From Eledone cirrhosa (lineage: Eukaryota): a DNA stretch of 64,000 nucleotides. A program made the position numbers and the translations under genes. Positions within the stretch are counted from its first letter, which is position 1. Each line of letters starts with the position of its first letter. Below are positions 11,891 through 25,035 of this stretch, in pieces. The stretch is taken from the NCBI GenBank assembly GCA_964016885.1, contig OZ024766.1, positions 21,142,001 to 21,206,000 on the forward strand, written 5' to 3'. Under the pieces are notes generated by a model. That model made no database searches, was not told the origin of the DNA, and worked only from the letters and a program-made list of their open reading frames with translations.

Positions 11891-12596
11891 TATAAAGAAA
11901 AAGGGATGAAATCGAAAATGCAACTGAAGTCTTATTTTTTTTAAAAATATATATATTTATTTGGTTCCTTTACCGGTTTCGCAGTTCTTCTGCTTTTCAA
12001 AAGGTGAGTTGAGATGGAGGGTCTGTGGTTTTTCTCACATCTGGTTGGTCTCTAAATGTTACTTGTTTTATATGGAAAAACTGGCTCGAAAACCAGGTTT
12101 TTCGAGAAGTAATTTGATTGGTTTGTCAATAATTATAATAAATTTCGCGCCAGTTCGCGTTACAATAGTTCTTCAAATAGAGAGGGGGGGGGGGGGGGGG
12201 GGGCGTTGTCACAGGTTGTTTTTTCATATATGAGTGTTTGAATTTCTTTTTACTTGAAAAAATGAGGCTCACGAAGGCTTTTTTTTGGTTGGTTATAAAT
12301 GTCACGTGAACAAGTTTTCATTACATTTTTGCGCCCTTATTTGGAAAACTATTCTGTAGTCAGTCTTTATAGTGAATGTTATGACAATGGAGAGATAGTG
12401 GTCAAGGGAAAAGAGATTGGGAGAAATGTTCTGGTTCAGTGAATATGGCCAGCTGTCAGAGTTCAGGTGTCAGAGTTCAGATTTTCTATTGAGACTGAAG
12501 ATATATGAACTGCGAAACCGGTAAAGGAACCAAATAAATATATATATTTTTTTTAAAAATAAGACTTCAGTTGCATTTTCGATTTCATCCCTTTTT

Positions 12597-12603
<7 letters not shown>
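11891..12603. mobile_element. Penelope-like fragment with ~97-bp inverted arms and a decayed hammerhead (11967-12004, minus strand)
   Basis: Arms 11891-11987 and 12507-12603 are near-perfect reverse complements. Minus strand reads CCTT-ttgaaaa-GCAG(aagaa)CTGC-GAAACCGGT-A-AAGG. Confidence 0.6.
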
Positions 12604-12666
<63 letters not shown>

Positions 12667-12998
12667 GGAGACAATTGCAGTTACATTGCGTTCACTCAGG
12701 TATATATACATATACACACATACATACATACCTATACAGACAGGCATATATATATATATACACACATACATCCTTCTACTCACTTTACTGACCTTTTTAT
12801 ACTCATTCTTACAAACACACATATATATATGTATGTATATATATATATATTTATATATGCGTGTTTCAGATCCAGCCGTCGGGGTCTTACTTGTTCCTAT
12901 TACCCACTCTACTACCTTAAGTATTGAGTACTCTGGTGCGTTATGGTCCATCTGGTTCCTTACCACATTTCCTTCGTTATATATATATATATATATAT

Positions 12999-13915
12999 AT
13001 AAAATATTAAAAAAATAATGAATAAAACAATGAAACAGTTCCTTATATTAAACAAAAAAAGTTCATTATTTAACGATCGTTTCTAGAATATATATGTGTA
13101 AGAATTGGCATGCATATTCAACAGATCTATGTACAAAATTATACAAAATTATACAAACTATCAAAATTAAATATACATACCAACACATATATATGCCGTC
13201 TTCAGAAATAATGAAATATATTTATTGATAATAACAACAATTCAAAATTACAGGTCTGTGTGTGTGTGAATGTACGTATATGTGTGAGTATATGAATGTG
13301 TGTATATATTTATTTTTATATTTATATGCGTATACGTATTTTATCTGTAGATTATAAACATACAGAGACATTAGCCTTGAATTTTTGTATTTACATACAT
13401 CTTTTCGGCATGCGTATACATGTGAACATATATATTTTTATGCATATCTGTGAACAAAGTTATTTACATATATACACACACCTAACTGTATAAACTTTTT
13501 GTATTTTCATTGGTCAATTTGAACTCTGTTCCCAAACAGACCTGTAATTTTGAATTGTTGTTATTATCAATAAATATATTTCATTATTTCTGAAGACGGC
13601 ATATATATGTGTTGGTATGTATATTTAATTTTGATAGTTTGTATAATTTTGTACATAGATCTGTTGAATATGCATGCCAATTCTTACACATATATATCCT
13701 AGAAACGATCGTTAAATAATGAACTTTTTTTGTTTAATATAAGGAACTGTTTCATTGTTTTATTCATTATTTTTTTAATATTTTATCTTGACTCTGTATT
13801 CCGTTTATCTTTCACCGAAAGTGATTTTTCATTGCATCTCTTCTTTCCATGATATCCGGATTACATTGAGTTCTTCATACGGATTGGACACTACCGTAAA
13901 CTCTTGGTAGATTTA
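12999..13915. mobile_element. Penelope-like fragment with ~250-bp inverted arms (12999-13259 / 13536-13786), each holding a long-stem-II hammerhead motif
   Basis: Arms are near-identical reverse complements. The plus copy (13580-13723) reads TTCATTATTT-CTGAAGA...GAAACGATCGT-T-AAATAATGAA. Confidence 0.65.
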
Positions 13916-13917
13916 TC

Positions 13918-13947
<30 letters not shown>

Positions 13948-13948
<1 letters not shown>

Positions 13949-14771
13949 CATCATCATTTCATTTTACGTCCACTTTTCCCTGCTTGCGAGGGTGGGACTG
14001 GAACTGACTCTGGCTTGATTTCTACAGCTGGATGCCCTTCCTACCACCAACCTCATTTACAGTGAGTGCTGGGTGCTTTTTTGCCGTGGCACCTCCACGA
14101 CCACTTTACAGTGAGTGCTGGGTGCTTTTTTGCCGTGGCACGTCCACTTTATAGTGAGGGCTGGGTGCTTTTTTTGCTGTGGCACCTCCACGACCACTTT
14201 ACAGTGAGTGCTGGGTGCTTTTTTGCCGTGGCACCTCCACATCCACTTTATAGTGAGGGCTGGGTGCCTTTTTGCCGTGGCACCTCCACATCCACTTTAT
14301 AGTGAGGGCTGGGTGCTTTTTTTGCTGTGGCACCTCCACGACCACTTTACAGTGAGTGCTGGGTGCCTTTTTGCCGTGGCACCCCCACGTCCACTTTATA
14401 GTGAGGGCTGGGTGCTTCTTTTGCTGTGGCACCTCCACGACCACTTTACAGTGAGTGCTGGGTGCTTTTTTGCCATGGCACCTCCACGACCACTTTACAG
14501 TGTGGGCTGGGTGCTTTTTTGCCGTGGCACCTCCACGACCACTTTACAGTGAGTGCTGGGTGCTTTTTTGCCGTGGCACCTCCACGACCACTTTACAGTG
14601 GAATGATAGGGACCCCAGTCCCTATCATCTCATTTCTACAGCTGAGTAAACTGGAGCAATGTGAAGTAAAGTGTCTTGCTCAAGGAAACAACACATCACC
14701 CGGTCTGAGAATTGAACTCACAACCCTTCGATTGCAAGGCCAATGCTCTAACCACTAAGCCATGTGCCTCC
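13948..14771 (-). mobile_element. CORE-type SINE with ~11 internal 49-bp repeats
   Basis: Full head, CORE, array and tail in reverse orientation. Confidence 0.85.
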
Positions 14772-15694
14772 CTATATATATATATATATATGGAGGGAGA
14801 GAGGGACTTCTACAATATCGTTTTCTAATAGGGGCTTTTAATAAAAATAATAATGGTTTCGTTTTGTATTATTAACATGTTGTTGTTGTTGTTGTTACTG
14901 TGGTGTTGGTGTTGGCGGGGGTTTGTTCAGTCTCAAACAGAAATCTAAGGGGCGTGTGTGTCTGTGGAATACTCAGCCACTGTCTCAAGCTGAATCTCCC
15001 TGAGAACTAGAGTGTACCAGTAATTTAATGGTAAGCCATGACACACTATCTTATGCTGAATCTCCCTGAGAACCAGACAGTTGTCATGGCTACACTGTGA
15101 TATACTGAGTCTCCCTGAGAACCAGACAGTTGTCATGGCTACACTGTGATATAATGAGTAATTTAAAATTACTGGTACACTCCAGTTCTCAGGGAGATTC
15201 AGCGATGACAGTGTAGCCATGACAACTGTCTGGTTCTCAGGGAGACTCAGCGATGACAGTGTAGCCATGACAACTGTCTGGTTCTCAGGGAGACTCAGTA
15301 TATCACAGGGCAGTCGTGACACACACATCTGGTATACTGAATCTCCCTGAGAACTCCATAAAAGACACACATACTTAGAGATTGCTCGGACACTTAAACT
15401 CCACTCAACCAACGCTCGTTACTTCTTGGCTCACCATTAATTAATCCTTGATTAATACCGTTGCCACGGAAACGCTGTTGGCGTGGCAACAGTCTTGCTG
15501 TTGTTGTTTGTTTTTTTTATTAATTAATTAATTAACACACGTTTAATTGATTGTTGAATAATTGTGTTACTCTCGCGGCTGTTGTTTAGCCCTAGGCCAG
15601 GCCTGAGTCAGTAGACAGATCTATGATCAAAAGTCTTCCAGATGTGGCCATCTCCACATCTTTTTATTCAGGCATAGTTTATTCTAGGACTAAA

Positions 15695-16645
15695 GCACCT
15701 TTGTTAAGTTATGCTCCATTAGAAATATGGTAATGAAAGGGTTAAAGTGTTTATATTTGTGTAAGAACCTTTGTTGAGTTATGTTCCATTAGAAATATGG
15801 TAATGAAAGGGTTAAAGTGTTTATATTTATGTAAGAACCTTTGTTAAGTCATGTTCCATCATAATTTTGTATAAGAACCTTTGTTAAGTTATGTTCCATG
15901 AGAAATATGGTGATGAAAGGGTTAAAGTGTTTATATTTATGTAAGAACCTTTGTTAAGTTATGTTCCACTAGAAATATGGTAATGAAAGGGTTAAAGTGT
16001 TTATATTTATGTAATAACCTCCTTTGTTAAGTTATGTTCCACTAGAAATATGGTAATGAAAGGGTTAAAGTGTTTATATTTGTGTAAGAACCTTTGTTAA
16101 GTCATGTTCCACTAGAAATATGGTAATGAAAGGGTTAAAGTGTTTATATTTGTGTAAGAACCTTTGTTAAGTCATGTTCCACTAGAAATATGGTAATGAA
16201 AGGGTTAAAATGTTTATATTTGTGTAAGAACCTTTGTTAAGTCATGTTCCGTCATAATTTTGTGTAAGAACCTTTGTTAAGTTATGTTCCATTAGAAATA
16301 TTGTAATGAAAGGGTTAAAGTGTTTATATTTATGTAAGAACCTTTGTTAAGTTATGTTCCGTCATAATTCTGTGTAAGAACCTTTAAGTTATGTTCCGTC
16401 ATAATTCTGTGTAAGAACCTTTGTTAAGTTATGTTCCATCATAATTCTGTGTAAGAACCTTTTGTTAAGTTATGTTCCATCATAATTCTGTGTAAGAACC
16501 TTTGTTAAGTTATGTTCCATCATAATTCTGTGTAAGAACCTTTGTTAAGTTATGTTCCATCATAATTCTGTGTAAGAACCTTTTGTTAAGTTATGTTCCA
16601 TCATAATTCTGTGTAAGAACCTTTGTTAAGTTATGTTCCATTAGA
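15695..16645. repeat. Compound 70-bp/40-bp AT-rich minisatellite containing piggyBac-like AAAGGG-TTAA ends
   Basis: Periodicity is visible. The 40-bp subunit resembles 10511-10545. Confidence 0.85.
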
Positions 16646-16689
16646 AAGACTTATCGTTGTTGTTGTTGTTGTTGTTGTTGTTGTTGCAG

Positions 16690-16793
16690 TCGAGAGAGGG
16701 CAGCGAATTCCAGAACCGGATCTTCAAAGCCGGATGAGTTGAAGAGATGGCTTCCTGATCAACCTCCGAATGAGGAGTGGACATCGAAAGAAA
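16690..16793 (+). CDS. PARN: Candidate PARN C-terminal coding exon B (104 nt, phase 2 to 1)
   Basis: ttgcag|...|gtaggt; DRERAANSRTGSSKPDELKRWLPDQPPNEEWTSKE, open and in frame between 7857 and 19577. A unique, purine-rich island among repeats. Confidence 0.5.
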
Positions 16794-16817
16794 GTAGGTT
16801 CAACTCTCTCTCTCTCT

Positions 16818-18785
16818 CTCATCATCATCTTACGTCCCCTTTTCCCTGCTTGCAAGGGTGGGACGGGTCCTATTCAGCACAGCATCTCTTCTCCACTTGT
16901 CACGGTCCTTCGTCATCTCCACCGTGAGCTTCAGCGATCTGAGGTCAGCTCTCACCACCTCCACCCATGTTTTTCGTGGTCTTCCTCTACCACGTCTTCC
17001 TTCTACTGGCATTTCTTGGCACTTCTTTACCCAGCGGTCATCCTCCATGTGCATCACATGTCCATACCATCTCAGTCTTCTCTCCCACACACCACAACTT
17101 ATCCCTCTTATACCCAGTTTCTCTCTCAACACATCACATGTCCATACCATCTCAGTCTCCTCTCCCACACACCACAACTTATCCCTCTTATACACAGTTT
17201 CTCTTTCAACACATCACATGTCCATACCACCTCAGTCTTCTCTCCCACACACCACAACTTATCCCTCTTATACACAGTTTCTCTCTCAACACATCACATG
17301 TCCATACCATCTCAGTCTTCTCTCCCACACAATACAACTTATCCCTCTTATACCCAGTTTCTCTCTCAACTCATCACATGTCCATACCACCTCAGTCTTC
17401 TCTCCCACACACCACAACTTATCCCTCTTATACACAGTTTCTCTCTCAACACATCACATGTCCATACCATATCAGTCCTCTCTCCCACACACCACAACTT
17501 ATCCCTCTCAGACACAGTTTCTCTCTCAACTCATCACATGTCCATACCATCTCAGTCTTCTCTCCCACACACCACAACTTATCCCTCTTATACCCAGTTT
17601 CTCTCTCAACTCATCACATGTCCATACCATCTCAGTCTTCTCTCCCACACACCACAACTTATCCCTCTTATACACAGTTTCTCTCTCAACTCATCACATG
17701 TCCATACCATCTCAGTCTTCTCTCCCACACACCACAACTTATCCCTCTCATACCCAGTTTCTCTCTCAACTCATCACATGTCCATACCATCTCAGTCTCC
17801 TCTCCCACACGCCACAACTTATCCCTCTTATACCCAGTTTCTCTCTCAACTCATCACATGTCCATACCATCTCAGTCTCCTCTCCCACACACCACAACTT
17901 ATCCCTCTTATACACAGTTTCTCTCTCAACTCATCACATGTCCATACCATCTCAGTCTTCTCTCCCACACACCACAATTTATCCCTCTTATACCCAGTTT
18001 CTCTCTCAACACATCACATGTCCATACCACCTCAGTCCTCTCTCCCACACACCACAACTTATCCCTCTTATACACAGTTTCTCTCTCAACTCATCACATG
18101 TCCATACCATCTCAGTCTTCTCTCCCACACACCACAACTTATCCCTCTTATACCCAGTTTCTCTCTCAACACATCACATGTCCATACCACCTCAGTCCTC
18201 TCTCCCATACACCACAACTTATCCCTCTTATACACAGTTTCTCTCTCAACTCATCACATGTCCATACCATCTCAGTCTTCTCTCCCACACACCACAACTT
18301 ATCCCTCTTATACACAGTTTCTCTCTGAACACATCACATGTCCATACCACCTCAGTCTTCTCTCCCACACACTACAACTTATCCCTCTTATACACAGTTT
18401 CTCTCTCAACACATCACATGTCCATACCATCTCAGTCCTCTCTCCCACACACCACAACTTCTCCCTCTTATACACAGTTTCTCTCTCAACTCATCACATG
18501 TCCATACCACCTCAGTCTCCTCTCCCGTACACTACATTCTATCCTTCTCAGACACAGGTTCTCTCTCAACACATCACATGTCCATACCACCTCAGTCCTC
18601 TCTCCCACACACCACAACTTATCCCTCTCAGACACAGTTTCTCTCTCAACACATCACATGTCCATACCATCTCAGTCTTCTCTCCCACACACCACAACTT
18701 ATCCCTCTTATTCCCAGTTTCTCTCTCAACACATCACATGTCCATACCATCTCACTTTTCTCTCCCACACACCACAACTTATCCC
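16818..18785 (-). mobile_element. RTE-like LINE 3' end with a 60-bp segment amplified ~29 times
   Basis: Minus ORF RRLRWYGHVMHMEDDRWVKKCQEMPVEGRRGRGRPRKTW...DRDKWR, with a (GAT)n tail. Confidence 0.88.
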
Positions 18786-19303
18786 AGTGAGTGCTGGGTG
18801 CTTTTTTGCCGTGGCACCTCCACGACCACTTTACAGTGAGGGCTGGGTGCTTTTTTGCCATGGTACCTCCACGACCACTTTACAGTGAGGGCTGGGTGCG
18901 TTTTTGCCGTGGCACCTCCACGACCACTTTACAGTGTGGGCTGGGTGCTTGTTTGCCGTGGCACCTCCACGACCACTTTACAGTGAGAGCTGGGTGCTTT
19001 TTTCCCATGGTACCTCCACGACCACTTTACAGTGAGGGCTGGGTGCTTTTTTGCCGTGGCACCTCCACGACCACTTTACAGTGTGGGCCGGGTGCTTTTT
19101 TGCCGCGGCACCTCCACGACCACTTTACAGTGGTATGACAGGGACCCCAGTCCCTATCATCTCATTTCTACAGCTGAGTAAACTGGAGCAATGTGAAGTA
19201 AAGTGTCTTGCTCAAGGAAACAACACATCATCCGGTCTGAGAATTGAACTCACAACCTTTCAATTGCAAGCCCAATGCTCTAACCACTAAGCCATGTGCC
19301 TCC
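18786..19303 (-). mobile_element. CORE-type SINE 5' portion plus 49-bp array, joined co-directionally to the RTE fragment
   Basis: Head at 19303, array at 18786-19130, normal SINE tail absent. Confidence 0.85.
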
Positions 19304-19319
19304 ATATATATATATATAC

Positions 19320-19405
19320 AGACATATTTAGCGAGGGGTAGGTAGACTTACCCAGATGGTTTGCCATTCCAATAAAGCATAACCCTGTAATGAATGCGTC
19401 ATAAC
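19320..19405 (-). pseudogene. Exact inverted copy of PARN exon 3' half plus splice donor and intron start (source 520-605)
   Basis: 86/86 identity to the reverse complement of 520-605 by manual comparison. Confidence 0.92.
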
Positions 19406-19576
19406 GAGCTCCCATCGGAGCACGCAAGCCCCGTTTCTTTCCAATCTAGGCAAGGGTACAGCGCATAGCGCTGTAGGTAGGTACCCGAACTTTCGAACTT
19501 TCAACCTACAAAAAAAAGGGGTCTGGCATAGAATTTCACATCTTTTTTGTTTTGTTTCCTCGTTTATTTTCCACAG

Positions 19577-19623
19577 GCAAACAGGCGACTGTGCAGCTGT
19601 TTGAAAAGGACGATAACTGGTAG
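19577..19623 (+). CDS. PARN: PARN terminal coding exon
   Basis: ccacag|; phase 1; [14 protein letters not shown] matches the human C-terminus ATLFEVPDTW*. Confidence 0.88.
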
Positions 19624-19719
19624 AGCTCCTGCCCTAAACAGGAACTGCTGCTGATGATACTACTTCTACTACCACCACCACCACCACTACTACTACAGCT
19701 ACTAAGAGATATTGCTACC

Positions 19720-22280
<2,561 letters not shown>

Positions 22281-22635
22281 TTTTTGTAACTCATTTTAAA
22301 CAAGATTTCTTCTCCATTTAATCAACCAAACATTACCACCACCACTACTACTACAACTAGTACTACTACAACTACTACAACTAGTACTATTTTATTATTT
22401 CTGTCAACCCTACCCCCTACCCCACCCCTTACAATTCTACAATAAAAAACAGCCAGAAGTGTTGTTAAAGGCTCCCTTGATCCCTTGAACCCTTAAAAAA
22501 TACAAGTCACAAACCTTAAAACATACTCAGGCCTTTGTTTTTTTTTTTTTCATCTGTCCCCTAATTTTTTGGGAGGGTTTTATGTTGTTGGGGGTTGTTT
22601 TTTTTTTTTTCTGGGGGTTTTTTGGGGTTTTTTTC

Positions 22636-23470
22636 GGTGTGCAGGAGAGGCGGTTGCGTTGGTATGGACATCTGATGCGTAAGAAGGACGACAGCTGCAT
22701 GAAAAGGTGCAGAGCACTAGAAGTCGATGGAAACCGCGGAGTAGGGAGACCCAAGAAGACTTGGGATGAGGTAATAAAAGCTGACCATACCCAATTTCAC
22801 CTCTCAAGGGCGATGACACACGACCGCGACCTCTAGCGTCACTCAAAAATACTGCTGTAAAGTGGTCGTGGAGGTACCACGGCAAAAAAAAGCACCCAGC
22901 ACTCACTGTAAAGTGGTCGTGGAGGTGCCACGGCAAAAAAAAGCACCCAGCACTCACTGTAAAGTGGTCGTGGAGGTGCCACGGCAAAAAAAGCACCCAG
23001 CACTCACTGTAAAGTGGATGTGGAGGTGCCACGGCAACAAAGCACCCAGCACTCACTGTAAAGTGTTCGTGGAGGTGCCACAGCAAAAAAGCACCCAGCC
23101 CTCACTGTAAAGTGGTCGTGGAGGTGCCACGGCAAAAAAGCACCCAGCCCTCACTGTAAAGTGGTCGTGGAGGTGCCACAGCAAAAAAGCACCCAGCACT
23201 CACTGTAAAGTGGTCGTGGAGGTGCCACGGCAAAAAAGCACCCAGCACTCACTGTAAAGTGGTCGTGGAGGTGCCACGGCAAAAAAAGCACCCAGCCCTC
23301 ACTGTAAAATCGATGGAAGCCGCTGAGTGGGGAGACCCAAGAAGACCTGGAATGAGGTGATAAAGGCCGACCTTACCTTACCCCCCCCCCCCCCCCCCCA
23401 ATTGCACCTCGCAAAGGCGATGACACACGACCGTGACCTCTGGCGTCACGCAGTAATACAGAAGACTGAA
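22636..23470 (+). mobile_element. RTE-like LINE 3' fragments (22636-22850, 23310-23470) bracketing a 49-bp SINE-type array (22855-23308)
   Basis: VQERRLRWYGHLMRKKDDSCMKRC...GRPKKTW; the GRPKKTW...HDRDL part is present twice. Confidence 0.75.
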
Positions 23471-23494
23471 GAATATCGACAATATGCCCCCATC

Positions 23495-23770
23495 AACATC
23501 ATTTTACGTCTGCTTTTCCCTGCTTGCAAGGGTGGGACGGGAACTAATTCTGGCTTGATTTCTACAGCTGGATGCCCTTCCTAACACCAACCTCATTTAG
23601 AGTGAGTGCTGGGTGCTTTTTTGCCGTGGCCCCTCCACGACCACTTTACAGTGGAATGATAGGGACCCCGGTCCCTATCATCTCATTTCTACAGCTGAGT
23701 AAACTGGACCAATGTGAAATAAAGTGTCTTGCTCAAGGAAACAACACATCACCCGGTCTGAGGATTGAAC
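23495..23770 (-). mobile_element. 5'-truncated CORE-type SINE with a single 49-bp unit
   Basis: Homologous to the other copies; shows the unexpanded state. Confidence 0.8.
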
Positions 23771-23861
23771 TGTATGTATATATATATATATATACGTTAT
23801 TCCGGGTTGAATCGGAGGTAACCACAGTAAGTAAGGTACTCAATACATTGCAGAGTATAAA

Positions 23862-23990
23862 AGTTCTAATATAGATGAGATTCTACAGGACTAGAACTGT
23901 TTCATTCTTTAGAAATCATCAGGAATCTCCTGATGATTTCTAAAGAATGAAACAGTTCTAGTCCTGTAGAATCTCATCTATATTAAAACT
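23862..23990. ncRNA. 58-bp perfect palindrome containing a type I hammerhead motif (minus strand, 23877-23929)
   Basis: Minus strand reads GAGATTC-CTGATGA-tTTC(taaa)GAAt-GAAACAG(ttctagtc)CTGT-A-GAATCTC. Confidence 0.6.
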
Positions 23991-24159
23991 ATATATATAT
24001 ATATATAGTACCAGTCAAAGTACTGGGGTCCATTCGTCCTCTAGAAAAAATCTGCTGGAGAGGTTTGGGCTCAGCCAGGTTTAAAAGTGCCCGCCGAGAC
24101 CCACCATTTGACTGACTTTACGACTCCAGAAGGCATTATGGGTTTTTCATCCTTTTATC

Positions 24160-24890
24160 ATCATCATCATCATCATCATCAGGTTTAGCGTCCGTGTTCC
24201 ACGCTTGCATGGGTTTGGACGGGGGTTTTCCCACTTGAGGCAAGAGTGATTGTCTGGCGGGTTTTCTACAGTTGGATGCCCTTCCTAACACCAACCACAT
24301 TTACAGTGTGGGGCTGGGAGGTTTTTACCGTGTTGCCTACACGGCCACATTACAGCGGGTTTTCTACAGCTGGATGCCCTTCCTAACACCAACCATATTT
24401 ACAGTGTGGGGCTGGGAGGTTTTTACCGTGTTGCCTACACGGCCACATTACAGCGTGGACTGTCTGGCGGGTTTTCTACAGCTGGATGCCCTTCCTAACA
24501 CCAACCATATTTACAGTGTGGGGCTGGGAGGTTTTTACCGTGTTGCCTACACGGCCACATTACAGCGTGGATTGTCTGGCGGGTTTTCTACAGCTGGATG
24601 CCCTTCCTAACACCAACCATATTTACAGTGTGGGGCTGGGAGGTTTTTACCGTGTTGCCTACACGGCCACATTACAGCGTGGACTGTCTGGCGGGTTTTC
24701 TACAGCTGGATGCCCTTCCTAACACCAACCACATTTACAGTGTGGGGCTGGGAGGTTTTTACCGTGTTGCCTACACGGCCACATTACAGCGTGGACTGTC
24801 TGGCGGGTTTTCTACGGCTGGATGCCCTTCCTAACACCAACCACATTTACAGTGTGGGGCTGGGAGGTTTTTACCGTGTTGCCTACACTT
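24160..24890 (-). repeat. SINE 3' region with a 112-bp segment repeated ~5.5 times
   Basis: Unit gctggatgcccttcctaacaccaacc...gggttttctaca, with a (CAT)n tail at 24158-24180. An unexpanded relative lies at 55570-55730. Confidence 0.85.
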
Positions 24891-25035
24891 TTATATGTAA
24901 CGGAACTCTCCTGTTAATTACCCCGCGAAGATTCGAAACCGAATCTAAGAATTCTCGCATCTAAGACCACCCATTATAGGGAATTTCCCACGATTGTCCT
25001 GTCTAAAAACAGGATCATAAACTTGCATACAACTT

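Noticed and set aside
16770-18888. Long + strand Ser/His/Thr-rich ORFs
   Set aside because: Antisense readings of the RTE-derived 60-bp array.
19320-19405. A second PARN paralog on the minus strand
   Set aside because: Only half an exon with no acceptor, and no other duplicated exons are present.
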